NCBI GenBank assembly: GCA_040954595.2
Contig: CM082588.2
Coordinates: forward strand, 4,032,156 to 4,096,155
Length of the DNA stretch: 64,000 nt
Direction of reading: 5' to 3'
Source of the DNA: Balanoglossus misakiensis
Lineage: Eukaryota > Animalia > Hemichordata
The translations under genes were made by a program, and so were the position numbers. Below the pieces are notes generated by a model that was given only the letters and a program-made list of their open reading frames with translations, was not told the DNA's origin and did no database searches. Of this stretch, positions 12,392 through 25,474 are shown piece after piece (position 1 is the first letter of the stretch; each line of letters opens with the position of its first letter).

Positions 12392-15300
12392 TGGGCCAGA
12401 TCCAGACCGCTTGGGGACCGTACAGGCTATGCTGTAGTACTTGCTGAATGCGAATGCGAAACACTCCATTTGGATGTTATATTCCAAATTGCAGTATAAC
12501 GGCAGGAAATAGAATCCCGGCGGTTTCCACTCGCCAGATTACAAGCAGTAGGTTATAACTGCTCATTACATACAGTACGGCTTGTCAACCTGTTTTAAAA
12601 CCAAGCACACTGCGACGATGGACTAGTGAACGCATAAGCCGTGATCATAAGCCACTTTAATACAAGACCGAAAGTACATACATGCGGTGCCTTTATCATA
12701 CGCAAAATATGATACAAGGATTTACCATGCGAATGAATATGTGAAAGTAAGTTCATAGAAACTACTCATGTTCAGTCGATGAAAAACAGCTTAAAAAACT
12801 CACAAAAGGTAGTGATTAAACAGAATCTTCAGATGTGCAACGAAATGGGACAATGGCATATCGATGCGCCGGATCTATCGCATGACTTTGAGTTTCACGA
12901 TAATTGCCAGCATCTGCCGCTTCTGGGTTCACGAAACTGGGAACTCACTCTTTCAGATAGTGCTTACATTGACTCTGTAGACTTTTCATAAGCGTGGTTT
13001 CTTTGGCTTAGCCTCGTTACACGACACACTTTATGTTTAAAACATGACGGCATGCTGTTCAATCGTAATTTAGAGCCAAAGTAAAATGTCAGACGCACAT
13101 GCACCCAAGGCGAAAAAAGAACGTCTTGAGAATGAAACATGTCTAATAATTTTAATGCAGAGTGTGTGTCTGGATGGAATTATACGCAAATAATCGTCTC
13201 TAATCTGTTTTCAAAGCCAACTACAGGGTAGGATCACCGTGATTATACCGCACCATGCCATGGTCAATGATCACCGCTGTTGAATGTACCCACAATAATT
13301 AATCGAAAATTGTTCATATATACACACAGTGCAACATTCTGAAAAATACCAACTTAACATTTTAGTCGACTGTTAAAGAAAACATCTTTCTGCAGTTATA
13401 TGTTGAGAAGGCCAACAATAAAAGAAACGTGCACTTGAAAACCCTTCGCGGTTGATGGTATCTGTCCGGGAACCTATACGAGAAGGGGGTTTTATTTCTA
13501 ACCATCAAAGTTTTCCTTCGCTAGTAAATTTTACTACACACCGTATAAAAAAGGAGTAGAAACGTGTACCATATCGTCAACCGCTTTACAGACACGGTTA
13601 GACTGCTTAGTATATGTTTGTATGTGGAATAGGAAGATTGATACAGAGTGAGCGAACCCCTTTCAATCTTCATCAGCAACAGTACAGTAAGCACATTAAA
13701 CTGAACGCTTGAAAGATTTTTGCAGTGGGAGAAACATGTAGAAATCGGCCATGCTAAGGAATATAGTTTACATTCGTGTGACTTCCGTCAAGGTAACTCT
13801 TGCCACCAGAAAACCTACCAGTGGTTTTTCATAATTATCTTTCCCAGAAATGGCTTACTGAGGGTAGACTGCCGTAAACTGTACACTGATTTTGTTTAAA
13901 TCCAGAAATTCTAATACCTGACAATGCACGTAACAACTTTAAAAGCAAGGGAGTCTGTGTATAGTTTACATCCCAAGAATGTTGGTTGGCACATATCAAA
14001 GTTTGGTCATAGACGTCAGAGGAAACCAGGCCCTGATATACATGTATTTTATTTGATCGCCTATATTGAAGTTTATGGACTCCGTGATCCTGATCATAAA
14101 ACTTGTCATAGGATACCTTCTGCCCTGCTACTGTGTATAGGCCTTACATGTATATTTAACTACATGTAAGTAAAGCGGAGCTGGGGAGTCAGACATGTTA
14201 TGATGTAGTGTATCCTAACAATCGGTCTAGAAATGCCATGTCTTTGGGAAGTTTAGTCAGCGCACGGCGGGGGTTACGGTTGTGCCAGCGTCTAATGCAA
14301 AATGCTCACTCATATTGTTAAGTTTTAATAAATGCGTTTAACTTATCAAACTACGACGTGTATAAATCAACGCGGAGGAAAAAGTGAAAGTAATGTGTCT
14401 TCATCTTCCACGTTCCATTTTAATAACATGGAACGTTAATAATGGGAAACACTCCAACGGAACACTGTTACCATGGCGATTCGCAATTAATCAAAGCCCT
14501 TGTTTGTCAGACGCACAAACCAAGCGGAAATTTGATATGACACAGTTATGAAAAAGTAAAAGTGACGGTTGGACTTTCAACGGAAATTAAAGGAGTCTGT
14601 CATAGGAAAGCCATCGGATAAATATTGCACCAAATTTCCGGTCATAATTTGTTTTTATATTATGAGACTTATACTTAGGGAAGAAATCTCGGCAGCCGCT
14701 ATAGAGTCAGAGTTTCATTTGATTCTTGTGCAATCCCGTGAGTGGCGATATCTCATCATTTTTTTCAATTAGCGAAGTAGAGAGTAAAGTGCAATGTAAC
14801 GTACTGATGTGTTGTGCTGTGTAAGATGTGTACTCGTGAGTTAGTCGAGTTCAATCAAGTCAATCGGTATCACCATTTTCTTGCTACATACAGGATGTCC
14901 TGGATTTAAATATTTCCGCAGCAAAACAAGTGAACAATTTATCCACCCCTCTCTCTCCCCCCCCCTCTCTCTCTCTTCTGTAAGTGATGTCATCATCTAA
15001 TATGACTCGTCAAACGTTTTCCCAATTGCCAGCATTTGCAGAAGTTACGTGTGTGGAGGGAAGAGAGTTTAGTAAACTGTGAGCGCTAGGAAGTTGTGCT
15101 AGTCTCTTCAAAAGTGTTTGTTCTTGTTCAGATCGCCCGTGGCACTCAATCACGCCAACGTTATATACACATACGAGATTGTGTATAAATCAGCTGTGAT
15201 AGCGTCAGCTATTGAATAGCAAACTGAAAGCAATGTGCGTTTTTTTTCGCCGGGGAATGCCCTGTTCATATAGGCGCATTGATGAGTGCACAGATACGAC

Positions 15301-15656
15301 AGAGATATAGACGTGGACGGGAACAGTATTTAAACGGAAAAAAATGATCAACGCAACTGTATTTACATTTACCTGTATTGTTGGCCAGTTGGGGTCGTGC
15401 TCCAAACTGCCCGCTTCACCAGTTTCTGAATCACCAATTATACTGTGTCTTCGCCTTTCCCAATGTCAAGGTCGACATGCCGCGTCGAATGAAGGAAGCA
15501 AGCAGCTGACGAACACGAGAACAGAGTGAGCGATTTCTGCAGCGCAGACGACGATCAACTGTACTGTCTCTCTGCCGCCTCATGAGCCTTTAATAAATCA
15601 GTCTCGGAAAGATGAAAACGATCATGCCGCCACTGTGCTACCGCGCATGCCCAATT

Positions 15657-15670
15657 GTTGCCCTGGCAAC
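15657..15670. promoter_or_regulatory. RFX X-box-like motif
   Basis: GTTGCCCTGGCAAC, identical to the motif at 12293. Another motif, GTTGCCATGGTTAC, lies at 16145-16158. Confidence 0.5.
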
Positions 15671-15777
15671 TGTGACTATTATTTATATCAAATCCCCAAG
15701 GCACTACTTTTCATCTTTCATCCGCAATGTCTACTTGAGGAAGAAACACCAGAATCTGCATGTAGGTGCTTGCCATG

Positions 15778-15814
<37 letters not shown>
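15778..15814. repeat. (TCTG)n microsatellite
   Basis: About 9 copies of tctg. Confidence 0.9.
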
Positions 15815-15815
<1 letters not shown>

Positions 15816-16559
15816 TATCAGTCTCCTGCAGCAAAGAAAATGTATTAACCAAGAAAATTACTGGGGATGACATTGAAAGACACAGGTAGCCACTTGGGAT
15901 CTGGCTATGTTCATCATTACAAAGATTCTCCATTGAATTCTAAAAAAAAAAAATCTTTCGAAACCGGAACACGACTTAACAGCTACGATGTATACCCACT
16001 CATACTTCTGGTGATCAATTCTAGTTTTCAGTTTCACGTCTCAAGTTAATCAGGTCCGCCCGAGTGTTTGCTTCGTAGTTACCCCTCGAGACCTTACATT
16101 TCCACTCTTTTCCGGAGACTTGGGCAGAAAGTGTAAAATAAAATGTTGCCATGGTTACGAAGACAACCGAAGCCTCCGTAGCCGTTACAGATCTTTCCTC
16201 GCGTTACTAAAACTCGATCTTTCTGTACGTCATTCTATACAGAGATTAACGATATCGTTAAACCCTCTTTTGTCATCATCCTTCAACTCGCGTTATAAAC
16301 CAGTCGTTGGCATTTGGCTATCAGTGAATTTTGCTGCGGGCGTGAGATTGTGAGATTTGAAAGTCATTACTTTTGCATTTGAAATCGCTGCTTTAATAGG
16401 TTTACAGTGGCCGACGCGTATCGACACACACCAGCGATTCGGTAGTTGATTTTGGCATTTTCAGCAATTTTTCGTTCTGCGTATAAACACTCATTTCTTG
16501 TTAGACTTCCCCAAAGGCCCCATGGCGAGTTGGCTCCATTAGTTGGCACTGGAAACATA

Positions 16560-16686
16560 GACTTTACGAACTATGGTGGTAATGCCATTTTTTGATATTT
16601 TCATGGGTTATAGCTCACGAAAATTGTCAAAAATGACGAATTCCCGACTTTGCGAACTTTGGTGACTTTGTTATTTTTTGACAATA
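16560..16686 (+). repeat. Isolated degenerate copy (~1.5 units) of the 88-bp satellite
   Basis: tcatgggttatagctcacgaaaattgtcaaaaatgacgaattcccgactttgcgaactttggtgac matches the array consensus. Confidence 0.8.
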
Positions 16687-18872
16687 TTAATAATTGTATT
16701 TACGTCATCAGATCACGATCGCCAGGGAAGGTTGAACATTAGCTACTGTGTAGATGAAAGGAAGATATTGGCAGGCCGGAAATGCAATTAGAAAGAAAGG
16801 CTAAGCTAATAATGCAGATGGCATATGGAATCATCTTCTGTTATCTCTCGCAATTATAGCACGACGTCGTGAAAATATGAAGCAACGTCAGATAGTCTTT
16901 TGGGATGTGAGGCGGTGTCAGCTTTTTGACTTCACGAGAAAAGTGACACGGTGCTCTAATGTGTTAATGGATATCTGGGGGAGAAGCGGTTTGCTTTTGG
17001 GAAGCTTGTAATGTGCAAAGATGTACGAGTCGAGTCGAGGACACGCTGTTGTACTTTCATAACAGGTGTTGCATATCGGATGTTTGCGCACTCTTAGGAG
17101 TCCGTGTACCAACAGCAAATAACTGACTCTGACGCTTGTTTTTATCGTTTGAAGTGCTCTTGTTCTGACAGTGATTTGGAGGAACGTCGGTCCAGTTTTT
17201 AATGTGTCCCAATGCATTTACAATCCCCTTGAGGTGGACGGGAAGGTTTGTGCCAAGACCGATTTCATCGATAGCTCCGCGCGCACGAACATTTCGGGTA
17301 GTATGGTTTTACTTTTATGCGATTCAAGCAATTACTGTTATTTCTTTGGAAAACAAAATCCATACCATGACAAAAAAAACCATAATCATATGAACGTGAG
17401 ACGTGTGACAGTCGAGATCTAGGTTGCAATTTTGTAACTATGTACCATCCTTGACTCTGGATGGTGACGCTCATACAGAATTCAGTTATAGATTTTACTG
17501 AATTTGCAAAAATATAACCTGATAAACGTTGCCATATCTTAATCGTGTCTGCGCAAAACCGAATGCGTACGAAACTGATGAGCCGTGCTTAGGCCTAGTT
17601 CTCGCTACAGCCGCGATCTAAATATCTCTGCTGTCTGTATTAGGTCTCCTTGACAACAGTGAACATCCAAAGTCGACGAAAGTAGGTGACAGCAATCGTT
17701 TTTAATCACGCGATGAGAGCCATTATCATAGCCCCCCCGGGAGCGATTGTCGAAATACAAACAGGATCAGCACGGCAAAGGTACTTGGCATAGTTTTCAA
17801 AGAAATGACTATATGAGATTGAATTGAATCCAATTAGTATGATGCCACAGAATCCTGGGTTACTTCACTGTGCTTTTTACAATCACTGGTTATTATGCAC
17901 CTTCGAAATGCAATAAATGGGCAGGCGAATAAAGCCGTGAAAAGACAGCCGCCATGTTTGGCTTTTGGTATGACCAAGTCTTCACGACTTGCATATTTTT
18001 GTCCTATTCAAATGAATATCTTATTTTAAAGAAAACAACACATTTTGCTCACTGTCGCACTCGAGTATTGGTTATAGTTGAAACTGGAATGTGTTCTCGA
18101 ATTCACTTATACTGTCCATGAAATATCTTATTTGTCGAAATCCAAAATGGGCTATATCGTAAGCCAGGTCAGGTAATGGGACAGTTTTCACTACTATATA
18201 CTCAACATGCCTATGGCCGAATCGTCATTTAATTTTGCATTAGAAAGTCTTATTTTTATTTCGCCTTAAGCTGTTGGGTCTACGTGCCATTATCAATATT
18301 AGGACAAAGTTCACCAACACGATGCAGTATTTATTAACAGATTCTGAGTGCTTACTCGGTTTACCGGATGAATATGTGCTTCAGGTTATGGGTTGGAATC
18401 CACATATCACTTTTTGTAGTCTGTAATATATGAGTTTCTGTTCTATGTAGAATGCATGGTTCGTTTTCACCGCGAAGGTTTGTGAGTGCTGAAAGTTGGT
18501 GGCGCACTGTACACAGAGATTTAATATACCTCCCGCGAGGTGGCGTGTATCAAGCCCGGTGTCAAGATGGTGTTTCCTGGATTTGACCTGAAACGCGATA
18601 AAACGTCTTATTTCCGTCTAAATATCATACTGCCCATGTTCGTCTTGTCGTCGCGATGCATCTGAGTAGGATTGGTGTGGAATTCCTGCATTGGTTTCAC
18701 GTCAAGAAGCGGTGAAATTGACAAAGCAATATGGCGGCGCCCATAGGCTGGAAATATACACGTGCACTCTTCCAATAAGGTATTGTATAGCGAATTCGTA
18801 CAACTTATATACGCGTTAGCGAGGGTGCTCGCTATTCAATGGGGCTTCGACTGTTCTCCCCCACTAGCTAGT

Positions 18873-19308
18873 ATTTTCATGATTTTGGTGATTTTGTCAT
18901 CTTTGGCCATTTTTGATGGGTTATAGCTCAAGTAAATTGGCCAAAAATAACAATTTCCCGACTTTGTAAACTTTGGTGATTTTCACATTTTTGGACATTT
19001 TTCATGGGTTTAAAGCTCATGAACAATGTCAAAATATGACAAACTCTTGATTTTGCAAACTTTGGTGATTTTGTCATTTTTGGACATTTTTCATGAAAAT
19101 TGTCGAAAGATGACAAAATCTTGACTTTGCAAATTTTGGTGTTTTGGTCATTATTCGACATTTTTCATGGGTTATAGCTCATGAAAACTGTCAAAAGATG
19201 ACAAATTTCAAACTTTGTGAACTTTGGTGATTTTGTCATTTTTGGACGTTTTTCATGGGTTACAGCTCATGAAAACTGTCAAAAGATGACAAATTTTAAA
19301 CTTTGTGA
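18873..19308 (+). repeat. Short degenerate array (~5 units) of the 88-bp satellite
   Basis: Repeated catgggttatagctcatgaaaa...actttggtgattttgtcatt units, more diverged than the main array. Confidence 0.9.
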
Positions 19309-19851
19309 ATGTCTAAGTGTTTTTTAATGTCAAAGTATAGAGTAAAGCCTGAACAATTTCTAAGTTTTTTTTAATGTCAAAGTATAGAGTGATAGCTTGA
19401 AAAATTTCTAAGTGTTTTTTAATGTCTAAGTATAGAGTAAAGCCTGAAAAATTTCTAAGTGTTTTTTAATGTTTAAGTATAGAGTGATAGCCTGAACAAT
19501 TTCTAAGTGTTTTTTAATGTTTAAGTATAGAGTGATAGCCTGAAAAATGTCTAAGTGTTTTTTAATGTTTAAGTATAGAGTGATAGCCTGAAAAATTTCT
19601 AAGTGTTTTTAATGTTTAAGTATAGAGTGAAGCCTGAAAAATTTCTAAGTTAGTGTTTTTAATGTTTAAGTATAGAGTAAAGCCTGAAAAATTTCTAAGT
19701 GTTTTTAATGTCAAAGTATAGAGTAAAGCCTGAAAAATTTCTAAGTGTTTTTAATGTTTAAGTATAGAGTGAAGCCTGAAAAATTTCTAAGTGTTTTTAA
19801 TAAGTATATAGTAAAGCCTGAAAAATTTCTAAGTGTTTTTTTTTTTTTTTT
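19309..19851 (+). repeat. 46-48-bp AT-rich satellite, array 1
   Basis: The unit aagtatagagtgatagcctgaaaaatttctaagtgttttttaatgtct is repeated about 11 times and ends in poly-T. Confidence 0.92.
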
Positions 19852-20082
19852 ACAAAAAAGCAGACACCAAGGATTGAAATTTATTGTATTTTATTTAATT
19901 TTCTAGTAAATCATGACAAAACCAAAGTATTGAAATTTAACTCGTATTCACTTGTCGTTTCAGGTCTATCTGTTGAATGGTTGATGACCAATCGAAAGAA
20001 GTGGAGTCCAGCCGGGATCTGAAAAGACAAGGCAAGTGTTAGAAAATGCAAGTTAAGAGGGGGCATACACAAGTTTCAAAAA
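19851..20082. repeat. ~235-bp non-satellite module, copy 1 of 3
   Basis: tacaaaaaagcagacacc...gtggagtccagccgggatctgaaaagacaagg...gggggcatacacaagtttcaaaa, also present at 25228 and 26532. Confidence 0.92.
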
Positions 20083-23000
20083 TAGCTCATGAAAATTGTC
20101 CCAACATGACAAAATCTTGACTTTGCAAACTATGGTGATTTTGTCATTGTTGGACATTTTTCATGGGTTATAGCTCATGAAAATTGTCGAAAGATGACAA
20201 AATCTTGACTTTGCAAACTATGGTGATTTTGTCATTGTTGGACATTTTTCATGGGTTATAGTTCATGAAAATTGTCGAAAGATGACAAAATCTTGACTTT
20301 GCAAACTTTGGTGATTTTATCATTGTTGGACATTTTTCATGGGTTATAGCTCATGAAAATTGTCGAAAGATGACAAAATCTTGACTTTGCAAACTTTGGT
20401 GATTTTGTCATGTTGGGACATTATTCATGGGTTATAGCTCATGAAAGTTGTCAAAAGATGACAAAATCTTGACTTTGCAAACCTTTGTGATTTTGTCATG
20501 TTGGGACATTTTTCATGGGTTATAGCTTATGAAAATTGTCGAAAGATGACAAAATCTTGACATTGCAAACTTTGGTTATTTTGTTATGTTGGGACATTAT
20601 TCATGGGTTATAGCTCATGAAAGTTGTTGAAAGATGACAAAATCTTGACTTTGCAAACTTTGGTGATTTTGCCATTGTTGGACATTTTTCATGGGTTATA
20701 GCTCATGAAAATTGTCGAAAGATGACAAAATCTTGACTTTGCAAACTATGGTGATTTTGTCATTGTTGGACATTTTTCATGGGTTATAGTTCATGAAAAT
20801 TGTCGAAAGATGACAAAATCTTGACTTTGCAAACTTTGGTGATTTTATCATTGTTGGACATTTTTCATGGGTTATAGCTCATGAAAATTGTCGAAAGATG
20901 ACAAAATCTTGACTTTGCAAACTTTGGTGATTTTGTCATGTTGGGACATTATTCATGGGTTATAGCTCATGAAAGTTGTCAAAAGATGACAAAATCTTGA
21001 CTTTGCAAACCTTTGTGATTTTGTCATGTTGGGACATTTTTCATGGGTTATAGCTTATGAAAATTGTCGAAAGATGACAAAATCTTGACATTGCAAACTT
21101 TGGTTATTTTGTTATGTTGGGACATTATTCATGGGTTATAGCTCATGAAAGTTGTTGAAAGATGACAAAATCTTGACTTTGCAAACTTTGGTGATTTTGC
21201 CATTGTTGGACATTTTTCATGGGTTATAGCTCATGAAAATTGTCGAAAGATGACAAATACTTGACTTTGCAAACTTTGGTTATTTTGTTATGTTGGGACA
21301 TTATTCATGGGTTATAGCTCATGAAAGTTGTCAAAAGATGACAAATACCTGACTTAGGAAACTTTGGTGATTTTGTCATTTTGGGACATTTTTCATGGGT
21401 TATAGCTAATAAAAATTGTCAAAAGATGACATATACTTGACTTAGGAAACTTTGGTGATTTTGTCATGTTGGGACATTTTTCATGGGTTATAGCTCATGA
21501 AAATTGTCGAAAGATGACAAAATCTTGACTTTGCAAACTTTGGTGATTTTGTCATGTTGGGACATTATTCATGGGTTATAGCTCATGAAAATTGTCGAAA
21601 GATGACAAAATCTTGACTTTGCAAACTTTGGTGATTTTGTCATTGTTGGATATTTTTCATGGGTTATAGCTCATGAAAATTGTCGAAAGATGACAAAATC
21701 TTGACTTTGCAAACTTTGGTGATTTTGTCATTGTTGGACATTTTTCATGGGTTATAGCTCATGAAAATTGTCGAAAGATGACAAAATCTTGACTTTGCAA
21801 ACTTTGGTGATTTTGTCATTGTTGGACATTTTTCATGGGTTATAGCTCATGAAAATTGTCAAAAGATGACAAAATCTTGACTTTGCAAACTTTGGTGATT
21901 TAATCATTGTTGGACATTTTTCATGGATTATAGCTCATGAAAATTGTCGAAAGGTGACAAAATCTTGACTTTGCAAACTTTGGTGATTTTGTCATGTTGG
22001 GACATTATTCATGGGTTATAGCTCATGAAAATTGTCTAAAGGTGACAAAATCTTGACTTTGCAAACTTTGGTGATTTTGTCATTGTTGGACATTTTTCAT
22101 GGGTTATAGCTCATGAAAATTGTCGAAAGATGACAAAATCTTGACTTTGCAAACTTTGGTGATTTTGTCATTGTTGGACATTTTTCATGGGTTATAGCTC
22201 ATGAAAATTGTCGAAAGATGACAAAATCTTGACTTTGCAAACTTTGGTGATTTTGTCATTGTTGGACATTTTTCATGGGTTATAGCTCATGAAAATTGTC
22301 GAAAGATGACAAAATCTTGACTTTGCAAACTTTGGTGATTTTGTCATTGTTGGACATTTTTCATGGGTTATAGCTCATGAAAATTGTCGAAAGATGACAA
22401 AATCTTGACTTTGCAAACTTTGGTGATTTTGTCATTCTTGGACATTTTTCATGGGTTATAGCTCATGAAAATTGTCAAAAGATATCAAAATCTTGACTTT
22501 GCAAACTTTGGTGATTTTGTCATGTTGGGACATTTTTCATGGGTTATAGCTCATGAAAATTGTCGAAAGGTGACAAAATCTTGACTTTGCAAACTTTGGT
22601 GATTTTGTCATGTTGGGACATTATTCATGGGTTATAGCTCATGAAAATTGTCTAAAGATGACAAAATCTTGACTTTGCAAACTTTGGTGATTTTGTCATT
22701 GTTGGACATTTTTCATGGGTTATAGCTCATGAAAATTGTCGAAAGATGACAAAATCTTAACTTTGCAAACTTTGGTGATTTTATCATTGTTGGACATTTT
22801 TCATGGGTTATAGCTGACTTTGCAAACTTTGGTGATTTTGTCATGTTGGGACATTATTCATGGGTTATAGCTCATGAAAATTGTCTAAAGATGACAAAAT
22901 CTTGACTTTGCAAACTTTGGTGATTTTGTCATTGTTGGACATTTTTCATGGGTTATAGCTCATGAAAATTGTCGAAAGATGACAAAATCTTGACTTTGCA

Positions 23001-25030
23001 AACTTTGGTGATTTTGTCATTGTTGGACATTTTTCATGGGTTATAGCTCATGAAAATTGTCGAAAGATGACAAAATCTTGACTTTGCAAACTTTGGTGAT
23101 TTTGTCATTGTTGGACATTTTTCATGGGTTATAGCTCATGAAAATTGTCGAAAGATGACAAAATCTTGACTTTGCAAACTTTGGTGATTTTGTCATTGTT
23201 GGACATTTTTCATGGGTTATAGCTCATGAAAATTGTCGAAAGATGACAAAATCTTGACTTTGCAAACTTTGGTGATTTAATCATTGTTGGACATTTTTCA
23301 TGGGTTATAGCTCATGAAAATTGTCGAAAGATGACAAAATCTTGACTTTGCAAACTTTGGTGATTTTGTCATTGTTGGACATTTTTCATGGGTTATAGCT
23401 CATGAAAATTGTCGAAAGATGACAAAATCTTGACTTTGCAAACTTTGGTGATTTTATCATTGTTGGACATTTTTCATGGGTTATAGCTCATGGAAATTGT
23501 CGAAAGGTGACAAAATCTTGACTTTGCAAACTTTGGTGATTTTGTCATGTTGGGACATTATTCATGGGTTATAGCTCATGAAAATTGTCTAAAGATGACA
23601 AAATCTTGACTTTGCAAACTTTGGTGATTTTGTCATTGTTGGACATTTTTCATGGGTTATAGCTCATGAAAATTGTCGAAAGATGACAAAATCTTGACTT
23701 TGCAAACTTTGGTGATTTTGTCATTGTTGGACATTTTTCATGGGTCATAGCTCATGAAAATTGTCGAAAGATGACAAAATCTTGACTTTGCAAACTTTGG
23801 TGATTTTGTCATTGTTGGACATTTTTCATGGGTCATAGCTCATGAAAATTGTCGAAAGATGACAAAATCTTGACTTTGCAAACTTTGGTGATTTTGTCAT
23901 TGTTGGACATTATTCATGGGTTATAGCTCATGAAAATTGTCGAAAGATGACAAAATCTTGACTTTGCAAACTTTGGTGATTTTGTCATTGTTGGACATTT
24001 TTCATGGGTTATAGCTCATGAAAATTGTCAAAAGATGACAAAATCTTTACTTTGCAAACTTTGGTGATTTTGTCATTGTTGGACATTTTTCATGGGTTAT
24101 AGCTCATGAAAATTGTCAAAAGATGACAAAATCTTGACTTTGCAAACTTTGGTGATTTTATCATTGTTGGACATTTTTCATGGGTTATAGCTCATGAAAA
24201 TTGTCGAAAGATGACAAAATCTTGACTTTGCAAACTTTGGTGATTTTGTCATGTTGGGACATTATTCATGGGTTATAGCTCATGAAAGTTGTCAAAAAAT
24301 GACAAAATCTTGACTTTGCAAACTTTGGTGATTTTGTCATTGTTGGACATTTTTCATGGGTTATAGCTCATGAAAATTGTCGAAAGATGACAAAATCTTG
24401 ACTTTGCAAACTTTGGTGATTTTGTCATTGTTGGACATTTTTCATGGGTTATAGCTCATGAAAATTGTCGAAAGATGACAAAATCTTGACTTTGCAAACT
24501 TTGGTGATTTTGTCATGTTGGAACATTTTTCATGGGTTATAGCTCATGAAAATTGTCGAAAGATAACAAAATCTTGACTTTGCAAACTTTGGTGATTTTG
24601 TCATGTTGGGACTTTTTTCATGGGTTATAGCTAATAAAAATTGTCAAAATATGACAAATACTTGACTTTGCAAACTTTGGTGATTTTGTCATTTTGGGAC
24701 GTTTTTATGGGTTATAGCTCATGAAAATTGTCGAAAGATGACAAAATCTTGACTTTGCAAACTATGGTGATTTTGTCATTGTTGGACATTTTTCATGGGT
24801 TATAGCTCATGAAAATTGTCGAAAGATGACAAATACTTGACTTTGCAAACTTTGGTTATTTTGTTATGTTGGGACATTATTCATGGGTTATAGCTCATGA
24901 AAGTTGTCAAAAGATGACAAATACCTGACTTAGGAAACTTCGGTGATTTTGTCATTTTGGGACATTTTTCATGGGTTATAGCTAATAAAAATTGTCAAAA
25001 GATGACAAATACTTGACTTTGCAAACTTTG
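20082..25030 (+). repeat. Main 88-bp tandem satellite array (~56 units)
   Basis: Unit catgggttatagctcatgaaaattgtcgaaagatgacaaaatcttgactttgcaaactttggtgattttgtcattgttggacattttt; period of 88 checked (20162 to 20250). There are no unique spacers. Confidence 0.97.
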
Positions 25031-25228
25031 TTTTTTTTTAATGCAGGTATAGAGTAAATTCTGAAAAATATTCTAAGCTTTTTTTGAATGAAAGTATAGA
25101 GTAAATTCTGAAAAATATTCTAAGTTTTTTTTTAATGCAAGTATAGAGTAAATTCTGAAAAATGTATAAGTTTTTTTTAATGTCAAAGTATAGAGTAAAG
25201 CCTGAAAATTTTCTAAGTGTTTTTTTTT
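25031..25228 (+). repeat. 46-48-bp satellite, array 2 (~4 diverged units)
   Basis: aagtatagagtaaattctgaaaaatattctaag... units. Confidence 0.85.
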
Positions 25229-25472
25229 ACAAAAAAGCAGACACCAAGGATTGAAATTTATTTTGTTGTATTTTATTTCATTTTCTACTAAATCATGACA
25301 AAACCAAAGTATTGAAATTTCACTCGTATTCACTTGTCGTTTCAGGTCTATCTGTTGAATGGTTGATGACGGTGATGACCAATCGAAAGAAGTGGAGTCC
25401 AGCCGGGATCTGAAAAGACAAGGTATGTATTAGAAAATGCAAGTATAGAGGGGCATGCACAAATTTCAAAAA
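25228..25472. repeat. ~235-bp module, copy 2
   Basis: Near-identical to 19851-20082, with a 9-nt internal duplication (ggtgatgac). Confidence 0.92.
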
Positions 25473-25474
25473 AA

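Noticed and set aside
20082-25030. Regular palindromic repeats as a CRISPR array
   Set aside because: The units are contiguous with no unique spacers, there are no cas genes, and the context is eukaryotic.
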